Shown: in pieces, positions 9,084 through 18,589 of the stretch | How the letters are laid out: the number at the start of each line of letters is the position of its first letter | How positions within the stretch are numbered: the stretch's first letter is position 1 | DNA from: a virus | Taxonomy: Duplodnaviria > Caudoviricetes | IMG/VR virus record: IMGVR_UViG_3300025450_000802 | Location: 1-53,696 of that record | DNA length: 53,696 bases | Direction: 5' to 3' (one strand) | The notes under the pieces: model-generated | Told to the model about the DNA's origin: nothing | Database searches by the model: none | The model's input: only the letters and a program-made list of their open reading frames with translations | Position numbers and translations under genes: made by a program

Positions 9084-9739
9084 TTTAATAAGTTTTTATC
9101 TAGAATTTCTTTATATGCAAGTTTAGCAAAATCTGTATGTGCATCTAACCTATAATGATACCAACTTGTATGACTATAATTGTTACGTTCAGCCCATTCC
9201 CAATATGAAGTTTCTGGAAATAACCAATTCAATGATTCTTTCCCTGGAAAATTCATTGGCATAAAAGCATCTAAATTAACAATAGGAATATTTTTAAGCT
9301 TTGCTAACGTGTTTCCTGCAATAATGTTCTTGACTTTGTTTAATTGCCCGCGTATACCTAACTTATCAGCCATTAATCTTGCAAACAAATCATAAAAAGC
9401 CTGATGTGTTTTAGTATACTTTGATGCACTTAAGTCCATACCTTTACTAAACTGTAGCCATTCTTCTAATATTTCATCATAAATTTCAATACGTTCAGTT
9501 CCAGTCCATACAGCAATAATTAAATCATTGGGTGTTGCGTTTACTTCGTGTATCATTCTATAAATGTAATCGTTGCTCCCCCCAGGAAATCCTTTATTTA
9601 CAGGAGTATAGCCAAGCATTCTTGCTAATTGACTAGTAAAACTGTTTTCTAAGTTATACGGAGTGCAACTCCCTATACCTGGGGCTTCTATTTCACTACC
9701 CATGCTGTGGCTGCAGCCAAAGATATATGCTGTATTCAT
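9080..9739 (-). CDS. SGNH/GDSL-like protein
   Basis: IFGCSHSMGSE, PGGSNDYI and HYRLDAH. Confidence 0.6.
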   Translation of the reverse strand: MNTAYIFGCSHSMGSEIEAPGIGSCTPYNLENSFTSQLARMLGYTPVNKGFPGGSNDYIYRMIHEVNATPNDLIIAVWTGTERIEIYDEILEEWLQFSKGMDLSASKYTKTHQAFYDLFARLMADKLGIRGQLNKVKNIIAGNTLAKLKNIPIVNLDAFMPMNFPGKESLNWLFPETSYWEWAERNNYSHTSWYHYRLDAHTDFAKLAYKEILDKNLLK

Positions 9740-11049
9740 TAGACATTACCTTTATATAACAATTCATGTAGTTCAGGGATAGATTCACTCATACTTTGCT
9801 TACGTTTTAAATCTAACAAATCGGTATATCTGTGAAATATCTTTAATTGTTCTTCCCAATCGTCATGACGGTTTTCTTTTAATGCATTGATTGTGGCTTG
9901 TATAGCCTGCATATTGTTTTCACGTTTAGTTAACACTTTACTAGTAGGAATCCATGCTTCTAATTTATCAATAGCTTTGATTCTTACACTATCGGGTAAA
10001 ATACGAAAGTCTAAACTACGAGGATAATCATTAATTAAGAATGTAACGTGAATTTCTCGACCATATTCTAATTCTAAACTTTCTGCGTAATCAAGTAATT
10101 CAGTGATGTTTAAGATGTTATATACTTGAATAACAGGTGAGAACAACAAATTACCAACTACTTTACTTTCACAATACAATCTTACGTTTTTGTCAACTGT
10201 GTTCCAATGACTTGTACCTCTGATATATTCATTTAATGAACCATATGCGTCTACACTGATACACATCAATACACTTTTAAATTTTTCTACTAAATTAATA
10301 AAACGTGGTTTAATATTAGTCATATTGCTATTGAATACCAATTCAATATTTTGTGCTATTCCCAATTCAACACATTTTTCCATAATCCAATATACACGTT
10401 CAATCAATGTAGGTTCACCACCTGTAAAGTATAACTTAACTACGCTAGGCAACCATTCACTAACTTGTTGTAAGAATCTAGGGTCATCTTGCCATGGTGT
10501 TAAGTTGTCTACAAACTGACCCCATGTAAAGTTTTGTTTAATAAAATTACCGTCATTTTGATTTTCTAATTCAATACTTTTATATTCTTTTTGTATTTGA
10601 CTGCTATTTTGCGGTTGGCACATACGACATTTAAGATTACATAGATTTCCTAAACGAAAATCTAAGTACAAAGGTGCTTCTTCTACACGATAGTCATTTT
10701 TTATGCTACGTTCAATGCGTTGCATAATTGATTCTCCATGACCACTGTATTCAAACCAGTCACGTATATAATTAATTCGATAACTAGGAAAACCCATATT
10801 TTCTAAATCATAACAATGTTCACAACCCTTTACAGTTTCTCCGTCAAGCATCTGTTGACGAATCTTGCGCATGTGATTACTGTTCCAAGTATCAGCAATA
10901 TTATGCCCACGGTTAAGATCAAACATTGTGCCGTCATCATTTTTAAAATTGTCACGTGCAACACAACACCAGCTGGCAGTACCAGTAGGTTGTGTCATTA
11001 TATGTATCCAAGGATACGGGCAAAAGGTCTTACTATCTTTGATGTTCAT
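9739..11049 (-). CDS. Radical SAM protein with N-terminal twitch/SPASM-like domain (1 of 7)
   Basis: FCPYPW..WCC..CEHC; CNLKCRMC; FTGGEP. Likely start 11049 (track start 11085). Confidence 0.92.
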   Translation of the reverse strand: MNIKDSKTFCPYPWIHIMTQPTGTASWCCVARDNFKNDDGTMFDLNRGHNIADTWNSNHMRKIRQQMLDGETVKGCEHCYDLENMGFPSYRINYIRDWFEYSGHGESIMQRIERSIKNDYRVEEAPLYLDFRLGNLCNLKCRMCQPQNSSQIQKEYKSIELENQNDGNFIKQNFTWGQFVDNLTPWQDDPRFLQQVSEWLPSVVKLYFTGGEPTLIERVYWIMEKCVELGIAQNIELVFNSNMTNIKPRFINLVEKFKSVLMCISVDAYGSLNEYIRGTSHWNTVDKNVRLYCESKVVGNLLFSPVIQVYNILNITELLDYAESLELEYGREIHVTFLINDYPRSLDFRILPDSVRIKAIDKLEAWIPTSKVLTKRENNMQAIQATINALKENRHDDWEEQLKIFHRYTDLLDLKRKQSMSESIPELHELLYKGNV

Positions 11050-12244
11050 GTATAATTCTCGCATATTCGGGAAAGGTTGTAGCAAAATTTTCTTCCCTGA
11101 CTTGATCTATTTTAGATGTCCAGATTAGAAATTGTTGAAAGTGATCACTGTTGTCTTGATCTTCAATGTATTTAATAATGTTTTCAAACTGATCACTATA
11201 TTTGCTGTGCATCAAATGTTCTCGTATCTTTGTTTTAACACCTGAAGGCAAACATTTAGCAGAATAATGTTCTGGTGCATAGACCATGTTCCAATGTAGG
11301 TAACAGTTGGAATATTGTGCAGCCCAATCTGCTACTTCTTCTAAATACCAAATATTAAATGCACTGACGCTACAGAAAAAAGCTACTTCAATGTTCTTTG
11401 GTCCATGTTCTAATAGGTCATTTATATTTTTATTGACTTGATTCCAAGGTGCAGGATGACGTAAATATGTGAAACGTTCACCTACCCCGTCTATGCTAAA
11501 GAACACCTGTACCTTTTTAAACTTACTCCAAGCATTATAATAACGTGACAAATCTTGTGTGCCATTGGTATTATAACTTAACAGTTTGTTTTCTGTGCCA
11601 CCAATCTCTACTAATTTGTTCAAGTATAGTGCGTGTTCTTTAAGTAACATTGGTTCGCCACCAAATAACTCAAGAGTATCAACTTTGTCTGAGATTGAAT
11701 AAAGATTGTCCCAAAATGCATTATTATCCTTGGGCCACTTTCCCATTTCAATCATACGATCAGCATGATGTTGATTGCCAATGCCACTGCGTACTTCATC
11801 GTCAGCCCATTTACTACTAGCAAAGCTGGTGCAAATACGACATTTAAGATTACAGATGTTGCCAAACTTTAAATCTAAATAATGAATCTCTGGATTGTTG
11901 ATCACGTCTGGCATACGATCTTGAAAACGAATAACTTCACGTAGACGTTTGCTGGTTAATCCTGCACGTTCTTCGTCCCAGCAATTATAACAACTTTTAA
12001 CTTGTTCATTGTTTAAAAAGTCTTTGCGTATATTTTGCATCCATTTACTAGTAAACACATCAACAATATTAACATCTTTAAAGTTAAACGGTTTTCCGTT
12101 AATATCTTTTGCTGATTCTTGTTGTACACAACAAACACTAGCTTCACCTGTGGTTTTACATTCTAAACCTAAAAAAGGCAATACGCAGAAATTTTCTGGC
12201 AAGTTTTTATCTTTTAATATTTGTTTAGCTTGTTCTGAATTCAT
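11033..12244 (-). CDS. N-terminal-twitch radical SAM protein (2 of 7)
   Basis: FCVLPF..VCC..CYNC; CNLKCRIC; FGGEP. Confidence 0.92.
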   Translation of the reverse strand: MNSEQAKQILKDKNLPENFCVLPFLGLECKTTGEASVCCVQQESAKDINGKPFNFKDVNIVDVFTSKWMQNIRKDFLNNEQVKSCYNCWDEERAGLTSKRLREVIRFQDRMPDVINNPEIHYLDLKFGNICNLKCRICTSFASSKWADDEVRSGIGNQHHADRMIEMGKWPKDNNAFWDNLYSISDKVDTLELFGGEPMLLKEHALYLNKLVEIGGTENKLLSYNTNGTQDLSRYYNAWSKFKKVQVFFSIDGVGERFTYLRHPAPWNQVNKNINDLLEHGPKNIEVAFFCSVSAFNIWYLEEVADWAAQYSNCYLHWNMVYAPEHYSAKCLPSGVKTKIREHLMHSKYSDQFENIIKYIEDQDNSDHFQQFLIWTSKIDQVREENFATTFPEYARIIHEHQR

Positions 12245-13458
12245 AGTTTGTACTCTGGAAATGTTTTATAAAAGTCTTGTTCACGTAGTTTGTCTAGGGT
12301 GTTAGTTAAATTAATAAACTTATCCCATTGTTGTTCGTGTAAGTCTTGTTGTTTCATATAACCAATAGCACTACGATATCCATTAACTGCACGATTTGCA
12401 CCTAGTTGTTTTTCTAACCAAGATACCATTGACTCATATTGCTGTAGAAATTGATCTTTAATATGTTGCGGCAATATCTGAAATCTATAATGTTCTGGGT
12501 GTTGTAACACATTTACATCCCAATCACCGGGTTTAATTAACCCCTGATCTACCATATACATATGAAATTTAGGCATATGTAACGCATTAAAAACACTTAG
12601 TGTACAACTAATATAAATGTCAACGTTTGGCATTTCACTTTTCAATCGTTTGAAATTATCAACAAAACGTTCCCATTTAAATCCATTTCTAATATACTCG
12701 CCTTGTTCAAACATTCCATCAATGCTAGCACCAATACGTATTGGGCGTTTAAATTGTTTCCATAATTGAATTACGTCTTGATCTTTGTATTTTAATGTGG
12801 TAAAGTTAGTATTATAATTGATAGTTACATCAAGCTTATTATTGTCAATTAGATAATTTAAAATGCGATAGTGTTCTTCCATCATTAAAGGTTCGCCACC
12901 TGCAAAATATATACCTTCTACGTGTTGTAAATTAGGTTCTAATTCACTCCATAAATCGTCAACTGTGCTACGTAATCTTTGAAACTTAGGGGTATCTTTA
13001 GTTATATTACCTAATTCTATACCATCTTCATACCAACTACTACTTAATTCTGGACCGCAAGTGCGACAACTTAAATTACAAAGATTACTAAATCTTAGGT
13101 CTAGATAAACTAAACGCATTTCATCTACTGAACCATCATTGTTAGTGTTGTTTAACGCATAATCAAACCAATGATTATAATCTCTATTAGCATTAACACG
13201 CAAACTTTCATATCCTGTGCTTTCGTGTTCATAACAACGTGTACAGCCTACACTGGGTTTATCATTAAGCATATTAAGACGCAACTCTCGCATCTTTTCG
13301 CTATTCCAGACCTTTTTTAACCCTATATTTGCATCACCTATATCATTTTCATAGGGTGTCAAACAACAAGGAAACGTTTTACCATTGGGCCATACGTGCA
13401 TATGTATCCAAGGCAGAACACAAAAATGTTTGCTATCACTAACTTGTTTTTTGTCCAT
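12241..13458 (-). CDS. N-terminal-twitch radical SAM protein (3 of 7)
   Basis: FCVLPW..PCC..CTRC; CNLSCRTC; AGGEP. Confidence 0.92.
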   Translation of the reverse strand: MDKKQVSDSKHFCVLPWIHMHVWPNGKTFPCCLTPYENDIGDANIGLKKVWNSEKMRELRLNMLNDKPSVGCTRCYEHESTGYESLRVNANRDYNHWFDYALNNTNNDGSVDEMRLVYLDLRFSNLCNLSCRTCGPELSSSWYEDGIELGNITKDTPKFQRLRSTVDDLWSELEPNLQHVEGIYFAGGEPLMMEEHYRILNYLIDNNKLDVTINYNTNFTTLKYKDQDVIQLWKQFKRPIRIGASIDGMFEQGEYIRNGFKWERFVDNFKRLKSEMPNVDIYISCTLSVFNALHMPKFHMYMVDQGLIKPGDWDVNVLQHPEHYRFQILPQHIKDQFLQQYESMVSWLEKQLGANRAVNGYRSAIGYMKQQDLHEQQWDKFINLTNTLDKLREQDFYKTFPEYKL

Positions 13459-13957
13459 TAGTGTATTGTAAGTTTGTAAGTTTATCTTTTCTATTGTGTT
13501 TTTTCTTAATAACCTGGTACCAATCTAGTTCTTCTTTAGGTGGAGGCAGTTTAATTGCGCAGGGTGTTGTAATTCTAAATGAGCGTTCTTTTAAACTCTT
13601 TGCCCAATTTTCAAAAACACTAGCAAGCCAATCATAAAATCTTACACGCAAGCAATTGTTTTTTTGTTCTAATTCTTCAAACTTATTGATAAGGTCAGCA
13701 ATGCCCATATGTAAGTTTTCAGAAGCAATTGCTTGACGAATATTGCCTGATAATATATTAAGACTTGTTAACTTTGCTGTTTCAAAAACCCTATTTTCAT
13801 CAGTTGCTAACATATAATGTAGATAATCCCATTGTTTAAGGATAGCAGTATTTGTTTGGTCATACAATTTTTCAAGTTGATCTTTATTATAGGTTTTTTT
13901 CAATCTATAAGCAGACCAGTTTAAGTGTTCTGAGATGTAGGGCAAGGCTTCAGTCAT
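13439..13957 (-). CDS. Hypothetical protein
   Basis: 172-aa ORF tightly packed in the operon, with GGAG upstream. Confidence 0.75.
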   Translation of the reverse strand: MTEALPYISEHLNWSAYRLKKTYNKDQLEKLYDQTNTAILKQWDYLHYMLATDENRVFETAKLTSLNILSGNIRQAIASENLHMGIADLINKFEELEQKNNCLRVRFYDWLASVFENWAKSLKERSFRITTPCAIKLPPPKEELDWYQVIKKKHNRKDKLTNLQYTNGQKTS

Positions 13958-13961
13958 AATT

Positions 13962-15152
13962 TTACTCCTTTAATAATTTATTTAATTCTGGAAATACTTC
14001 TGCAAACTTTTCATCACGACTATTATCTAACCATTGTGTATATTGTAAAAATCTTTCAACTGCAACACTATCACTGGGCTTACTAAGAGTTTGCTCTATG
14101 TTATGTAGATCCCAAGGTTGCATAACTTTACTACAATCTATAATTATTTGTTTTTTTATATTTTCGGGCAACGTCCATGGGCTTAGATAACTAGGATCAT
14201 AACACCAATTCAAGTGTACGTGCAACCCCATTTGATTTTTAAAAAAGTCATAAAATTCTGGGAGATATAATGCACTGTAGGTACTAATAGTTTGTACGAT
14301 ACTTAAGTCAATAAAATCATAACCTTGTAACTTCTTTAAGTTATTTAATGTTGTATTCCAATCGCTGCCTGAGCGTATATAACTATTGCGTTTGTCTAAA
14401 TCATCAATACTGGCACTAACACTAATACTTTTAAATTGACTCCAAAGATTAACTAATTCTTCAGGTACTTGTGTAAGATTAATATTATACCATAAGTCTA
14501 CTTGATGGTGCAAGCCTCGTTTAATTAACATTTCCAAATATCGAAAATGCTTTTTAACCATGGTAGGTTCGCCACCATTGACATAAATGCGTTTAAGACC
14601 ATTGCTCTTTTCTAACAATTCATCCCAAAACTTATCTTGTTCGAACCATTCTCCTTTTTCAATGTTACTATAATCTGTAACAAAGTTTAGGTCTTTTTGT
14701 AATTTTTTATATTCAGCGATCCATTTACTGCTGCTAACAGGATTACAAGTGCGGCAGCGTAAATTGCAGATGTTGCCAAGTCTGAGTTCAATAAAACGAA
14801 AATCAACATTGACAGTTCCATCGGGTAACATGCTATCGATGATAACTCTGCTATCTTGTAAATATCTTTCATTTTCTTCTAACCTCTTAGATTTAATACC
14901 TGCACGTTCTTCGTCATAGCAACGCTTACATGCATTGGGTTCAATACCATCACGCATCTCACAGCGAGTTTTCTTATAGAAATCACTGTTCATCACACTT
15001 TCAATACTATCTTTATTAAGACTTAATATTTTATCATTAGTACGTGCGTTACTAGCTGCATGGGTATGATCGCTAATACAACAAAGTGTTGCGCCACCAT
15101 GTGGATGTGTAGCCAAATGAGTAAAGGGCAATACGCAGATTTTATCAGTCAT
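13962..15152 (-). CDS. N-terminal-twitch radical SAM protein (4 of 7)
   Basis: ICVLPF..LCC..CKRC; CNLRCRTC; NGGEP. Confidence 0.92.
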   Translation of the reverse strand: MTDKICVLPFTHLATHPHGGATLCCISDHTHAASNARTNDKILSLNKDSIESVMNSDFYKKTRCEMRDGIEPNACKRCYDEERAGIKSKRLEENERYLQDSRVIIDSMLPDGTVNVDFRFIELRLGNICNLRCRTCNPVSSSKWIAEYKKLQKDLNFVTDYSNIEKGEWFEQDKFWDELLEKSNGLKRIYVNGGEPTMVKKHFRYLEMLIKRGLHHQVDLWYNINLTQVPEELVNLWSQFKSISVSASIDDLDKRNSYIRSGSDWNTTLNNLKKLQGYDFIDLSIVQTISTYSALYLPEFYDFFKNQMGLHVHLNWCYDPSYLSPWTLPENIKKQIIIDCSKVMQPWDLHNIEQTLSKPSDSVAVERFLQYTQWLDNSRDEKFAEVFPELNKLLKE

Positions 15153-16173
15153 GAATTAATGTCCCGTCATCATTTGTTATATAGTATCCTAAAAACACTG
15201 GAGTTGTAGAAATAATTTTTTCATAAAAATCTTTACCAGTAATTATTTGGCCATCAATAGAACCTAAAATATGTCTTCCCGGAGTATACATAGCATCTGT
15301 TGTATCAATATAATTACCTAAATTATTTTGTTCTATCCAATGATAAAATGATCGTCTTCCATCATACATATCTGCACGTTTGGTATTATCAAAATGCATG
15401 AATATATAATCTGTTAATATTGTTTGTGGTTTAACCTCGCCCCTGCGAACTAATTCTAAATCGTTAGTACAAAAACAAGAATTTAAATCTTTGCCTACTG
15501 TACTAAAGTCAGCAACCAAATCTCCACCGCAGGGTAAGCTAAAGTTTAGATAATCAATTGGTTCTAATTGTGTATAGTTAGTACTATTAAATTCAATAGT
15601 GTTATTACGCACAGACATGTTAAACACGCTATCACGTTCAACATTAGCCCATTCTTCTGGTACTTTAGGTGTGCGTTCAATAAAGTGCACAAGGTTGTTT
15701 ACTTTCTCTAATAAAAAATATTTTTCAACATAAACAGGATCGCCGTTTGGATCGTTTGGATCAGATTTTAAATCAATTGCCTCTTTTTCAAATCTAAAAT
15801 GCAATTCGTTTAATTTGTTTAACTCTGGATCCATTACGTCAGTTAAGTTTAAATGCAATGCAGTATCCATTGGAATACCTAATTGGTTAAGACGGTTGAT
15901 TGTATTATTCATAGCCACACGTGCTTGTGCCAATAACTCAGGGGTAACTGAAGGATAATAATTTGTATGAAAGATCATTTTAGAAATGTCAAAAGAATTA
16001 CGCAATCGTAAGAATTGTGACACGAACTTTTTAGTAAGCGGAAAGTTATTTAATGTATAAGTCAACGTTTGAGTTGGTGACATATTTAATAATTCAGTTA
16101 CTGAATGCCCTTTCACTGCGTTTGTTGTATGATAATCATTTTCGCCTGGGCCGAATACTGCTTTAAGTTTCAT
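15145..16173 (-). CDS. Hypothetical protein, paralogue of the adjacent gene
   Basis: Shares LNELH..FEKE, EKVNN.VHFIE, GGDLVADFSTVGKDL, TND.ELVRRGEVK and PGRHILG with 16185-17201. Confidence 0.85.
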   Translation of the reverse strand: MKLKAVFGPGENDYHTTNAVKGHSVTELLNMSPTQTLTYTLNNFPLTKKFVSQFLRLRNSFDISKMIFHTNYYPSVTPELLAQARVAMNNTINRLNQLGIPMDTALHLNLTDVMDPELNKLNELHFRFEKEAIDLKSDPNDPNGDPVYVEKYFLLEKVNNLVHFIERTPKVPEEWANVERDSVFNMSVRNNTIEFNSTNYTQLEPIDYLNFSLPCGGDLVADFSTVGKDLNSCFCTNDLELVRRGEVKPQTILTDYIFMHFDNTKRADMYDGRRSFYHWIEQNNLGNYIDTTDAMYTPGRHILGSIDGQIITGKDFYEKIISTTPVFLGYYITNDDGTLIHD

Positions 16174-16184
16174 AATTTTATCTC

Positions 16185-17201
16185 TTAATAAATTGGAGTT
16201 CCATCATCTTCGCTCAAGTAACATCCTAACAATGCAGGAGTACGTGAAATAACATAGTCGTAAAAATCTTTACCTGTAATAATACCTTGATCGTTTTTCC
16301 CTAAAATATGTCTTCCTGGATTATATCTAGGTTGATTATAATCAAGATATTGATCAACTTTATTATCTTGGCACCATTTATAATGTCTAGATTTCATTAT
16401 TGGATCAAGTGTGAAGTTATTAAACATTAAAAATACATAATCAGTTAAAAAACGTTGCTGCTTTACTTCTCCTCTACGTACCAATTCCATGTCATTGGTG
16501 CATGAGCAAACAAACAAATCTTTACCTACTGTACTAAAATCAGCTACTAAATCACCACCAAGTGGTTGTCCAAAATCAGCGTAATCTATATCTTGTAATT
16601 CATAGTATTTGGCTTTGCTATTAGTGCGAATAGCCATGTTTAAATTGCTTATTTTAGTTATGCTATCCCATTTATCACGTTGCGGAGTTAACTCAATAAA
16701 GTGAACTACGTTATTGACTTTTTCAAACAATTCATACAATCGTTGATAATTTGAACCTACACTGTCATCAAATTCTAACTTGATTAACTCTTTTTCAAAA
16801 ACAAAATGTAGTTCATTTAGTTTATCATGTTCTGGTTCATACACATCATTATTAAGAAATAGATTGTCATCAATTGTATAACCATATGTTCTTAATTCAG
16901 TTAGTGTTTCATTCATTTCTTTTTTGGCTTGTAGTAATGATGTTTCACTAACATTTGTATAGTAGTTATATCTATAATCTAAAATGTCTGTACCGTCTTT
17001 TTCTTTAAAGTTTTCAGCCTGCTGTTTTCTATACTCAGGCCACAAATTTAAAAACTTTTTAGTTAATGGTAAATCATTAAAACTATAAGTTAATTTTGTA
17101 TTATTAGGATTATCTTTAATATCCATAAAGTTACGTGTATACGCAACATTTGATGTAAAAAAATCCGCTTTTCCTTGTGTAAAAACTACATTAAATTTCA
17201 T
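16185..17201 (-). CDS. Hypothetical protein, paralogue of the adjacent gene
   Basis: Same motifs as 15145-16173; start MKFNVVF at 17201 gives an ATGA overlap (track start 17222). Confidence 0.85.
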   Translation of the reverse strand: MKFNVVFTQGKADFFTSNVAYTRNFMDIKDNPNNTKLTYSFNDLPLTKKFLNLWPEYRKQQAENFKEKDGTDILDYRYNYYTNVSETSLLQAKKEMNETLTELRTYGYTIDDNLFLNNDVYEPEHDKLNELHFVFEKELIKLEFDDSVGSNYQRLYELFEKVNNVVHFIELTPQRDKWDSITKISNLNMAIRTNSKAKYYELQDIDYADFGQPLGGDLVADFSTVGKDLFVCSCTNDMELVRRGEVKQQRFLTDYVFLMFNNFTLDPIMKSRHYKWCQDNKVDQYLDYNQPRYNPGRHILGKNDQGIITGKDFYDYVISRTPALLGCYLSEDDGTPIY

Positions 17202-18589
17202 GGTATTTCTCTTTTCCACCAAGCTAATAATTCTGGATCAAGGCTATAAATTGTCTCAATGTTTACTTTATCTTTACGAATAGCGTTTAATTGCGTTTGA
17301 TAGTGTCTACCATTTTTAAATTGTTCATTATGTATATCAGGCCATTGTTCTGCAAACGTTGGTCTGTTCTTCATCTCTTTTAAAGTATTTACTAATGTGT
17401 ACTGTTTACGTGTTGACCTTGGTTCCATGTATTCTAACAATTGATCAATATGTCGATCTAATACGTTACGTGGCCAAGCAAATGGACTAAACACAATATC
17501 AGGATGAAATGCAAACATAATTTTAGTTTCTATCTTAACATCTAATTCTATACTTAAATCAAACAAATCTTTAAGACTAAACATGCCAGGACCCGTTATA
17601 GTTAAATCTAATAGCATTCTGTCTTGTCCACCGGGCAATGTTAATCCTTCTTTAAAGTTATTTAACCATTGCTCCCAAACAATACCCTTGCGTATAAATT
17701 CAACTATTTCTCCTGTGCCATCTATACTAGCACACATTAGCCAATCTTTAAATAGTGGTAAGTACTCATACAAGTTTTTACCAAAGTATTTTGTACGACT
17801 TAGATTACTGTTATAACGCAAGTAACAATTTTTAGCGCTGCCATTCTTAACCATTTCTTCTAATGCCCACCAATGTATTTCATACATCAATGGTTCGCCA
17901 CCTACCCAATAGCATTCTTCAACTATGCCGCGACTAATAGCATCACGAAATTCAGGTTCAACTACTTCAACTTGAAATTTTTGCATTTTAGCTTTAACTT
18001 CAGGAATCATAAATGGTTGCCATTTAGGTGACCACATATTATGTTGTTTCTTTTCAGCTTCCCAACTACTGCTTAATTGCTCACCGCACATTCTGCATTT
18101 AAAGTTACAAAGATTGCTATAACGATAATCAAATGATATAGGTTCCATTGTAGTATACCCTGTATCATCGGTTTTGTCAAAACATTCATCAATTTTATCA
18201 ATAAACAAATTACCAGTAAACCAACGACGGTAGTTACTTACACTAAGTATATCATCGTTACAGACATCACATTGTGGAATACGTTCGCCGCGCATTAATT
18301 TAACACGTATGTCACGCATATATTCACTGTTCCAGTGTTCCTTTAAACTTACTGGATTAAAATCGTCTGCTTCTGTTTTACTTTCAGTTACCTTACCGTA
18401 CTTTTCATCGTTGCTACTATCAATATACTGTTTTTGGAAACTATGTTGTTCTCTGCTAGCGCAGCACAATCTTCGTTCACCTTGAGGGCTAATATATGTA
18501 TGAGTCCAAGGCGCTGTACAAAATACAGGATTAGGATTATTTTCTGCAGGACTACCATGTTCCCAAATTGGTATAATTCGCTTACTCAT
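17198..18589 (-). CDS. N-terminal-twitch radical SAM protein (5 of 7)
   Basis: FCTAPW..LCC..CDVC; CNFKCRMC; VGGEP. Confidence 0.92.
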   Translation of the reverse strand: MSKRIIPIWEHGSPAENNPNPVFCTAPWTHTYISPQGERRLCCASREQHSFQKQYIDSSNDEKYGKVTESKTEADDFNPVSLKEHWNSEYMRDIRVKLMRGERIPQCDVCNDDILSVSNYRRWFTGNLFIDKIDECFDKTDDTGYTTMEPISFDYRYSNLCNFKCRMCGEQLSSSWEAEKKQHNMWSPKWQPFMIPEVKAKMQKFQVEVVEPEFRDAISRGIVEECYWVGGEPLMYEIHWWALEEMVKNGSAKNCYLRYNSNLSRTKYFGKNLYEYLPLFKDWLMCASIDGTGEIVEFIRKGIVWEQWLNNFKEGLTLPGGQDRMLLDLTITGPGMFSLKDLFDLSIELDVKIETKIMFAFHPDIVFSPFAWPRNVLDRHIDQLLEYMEPRSTRKQYTLVNTLKEMKNRPTFAEQWPDIHNEQFKNGRHYQTQLNAIRKDKVNIETIYSLDPELLAWWKREIP

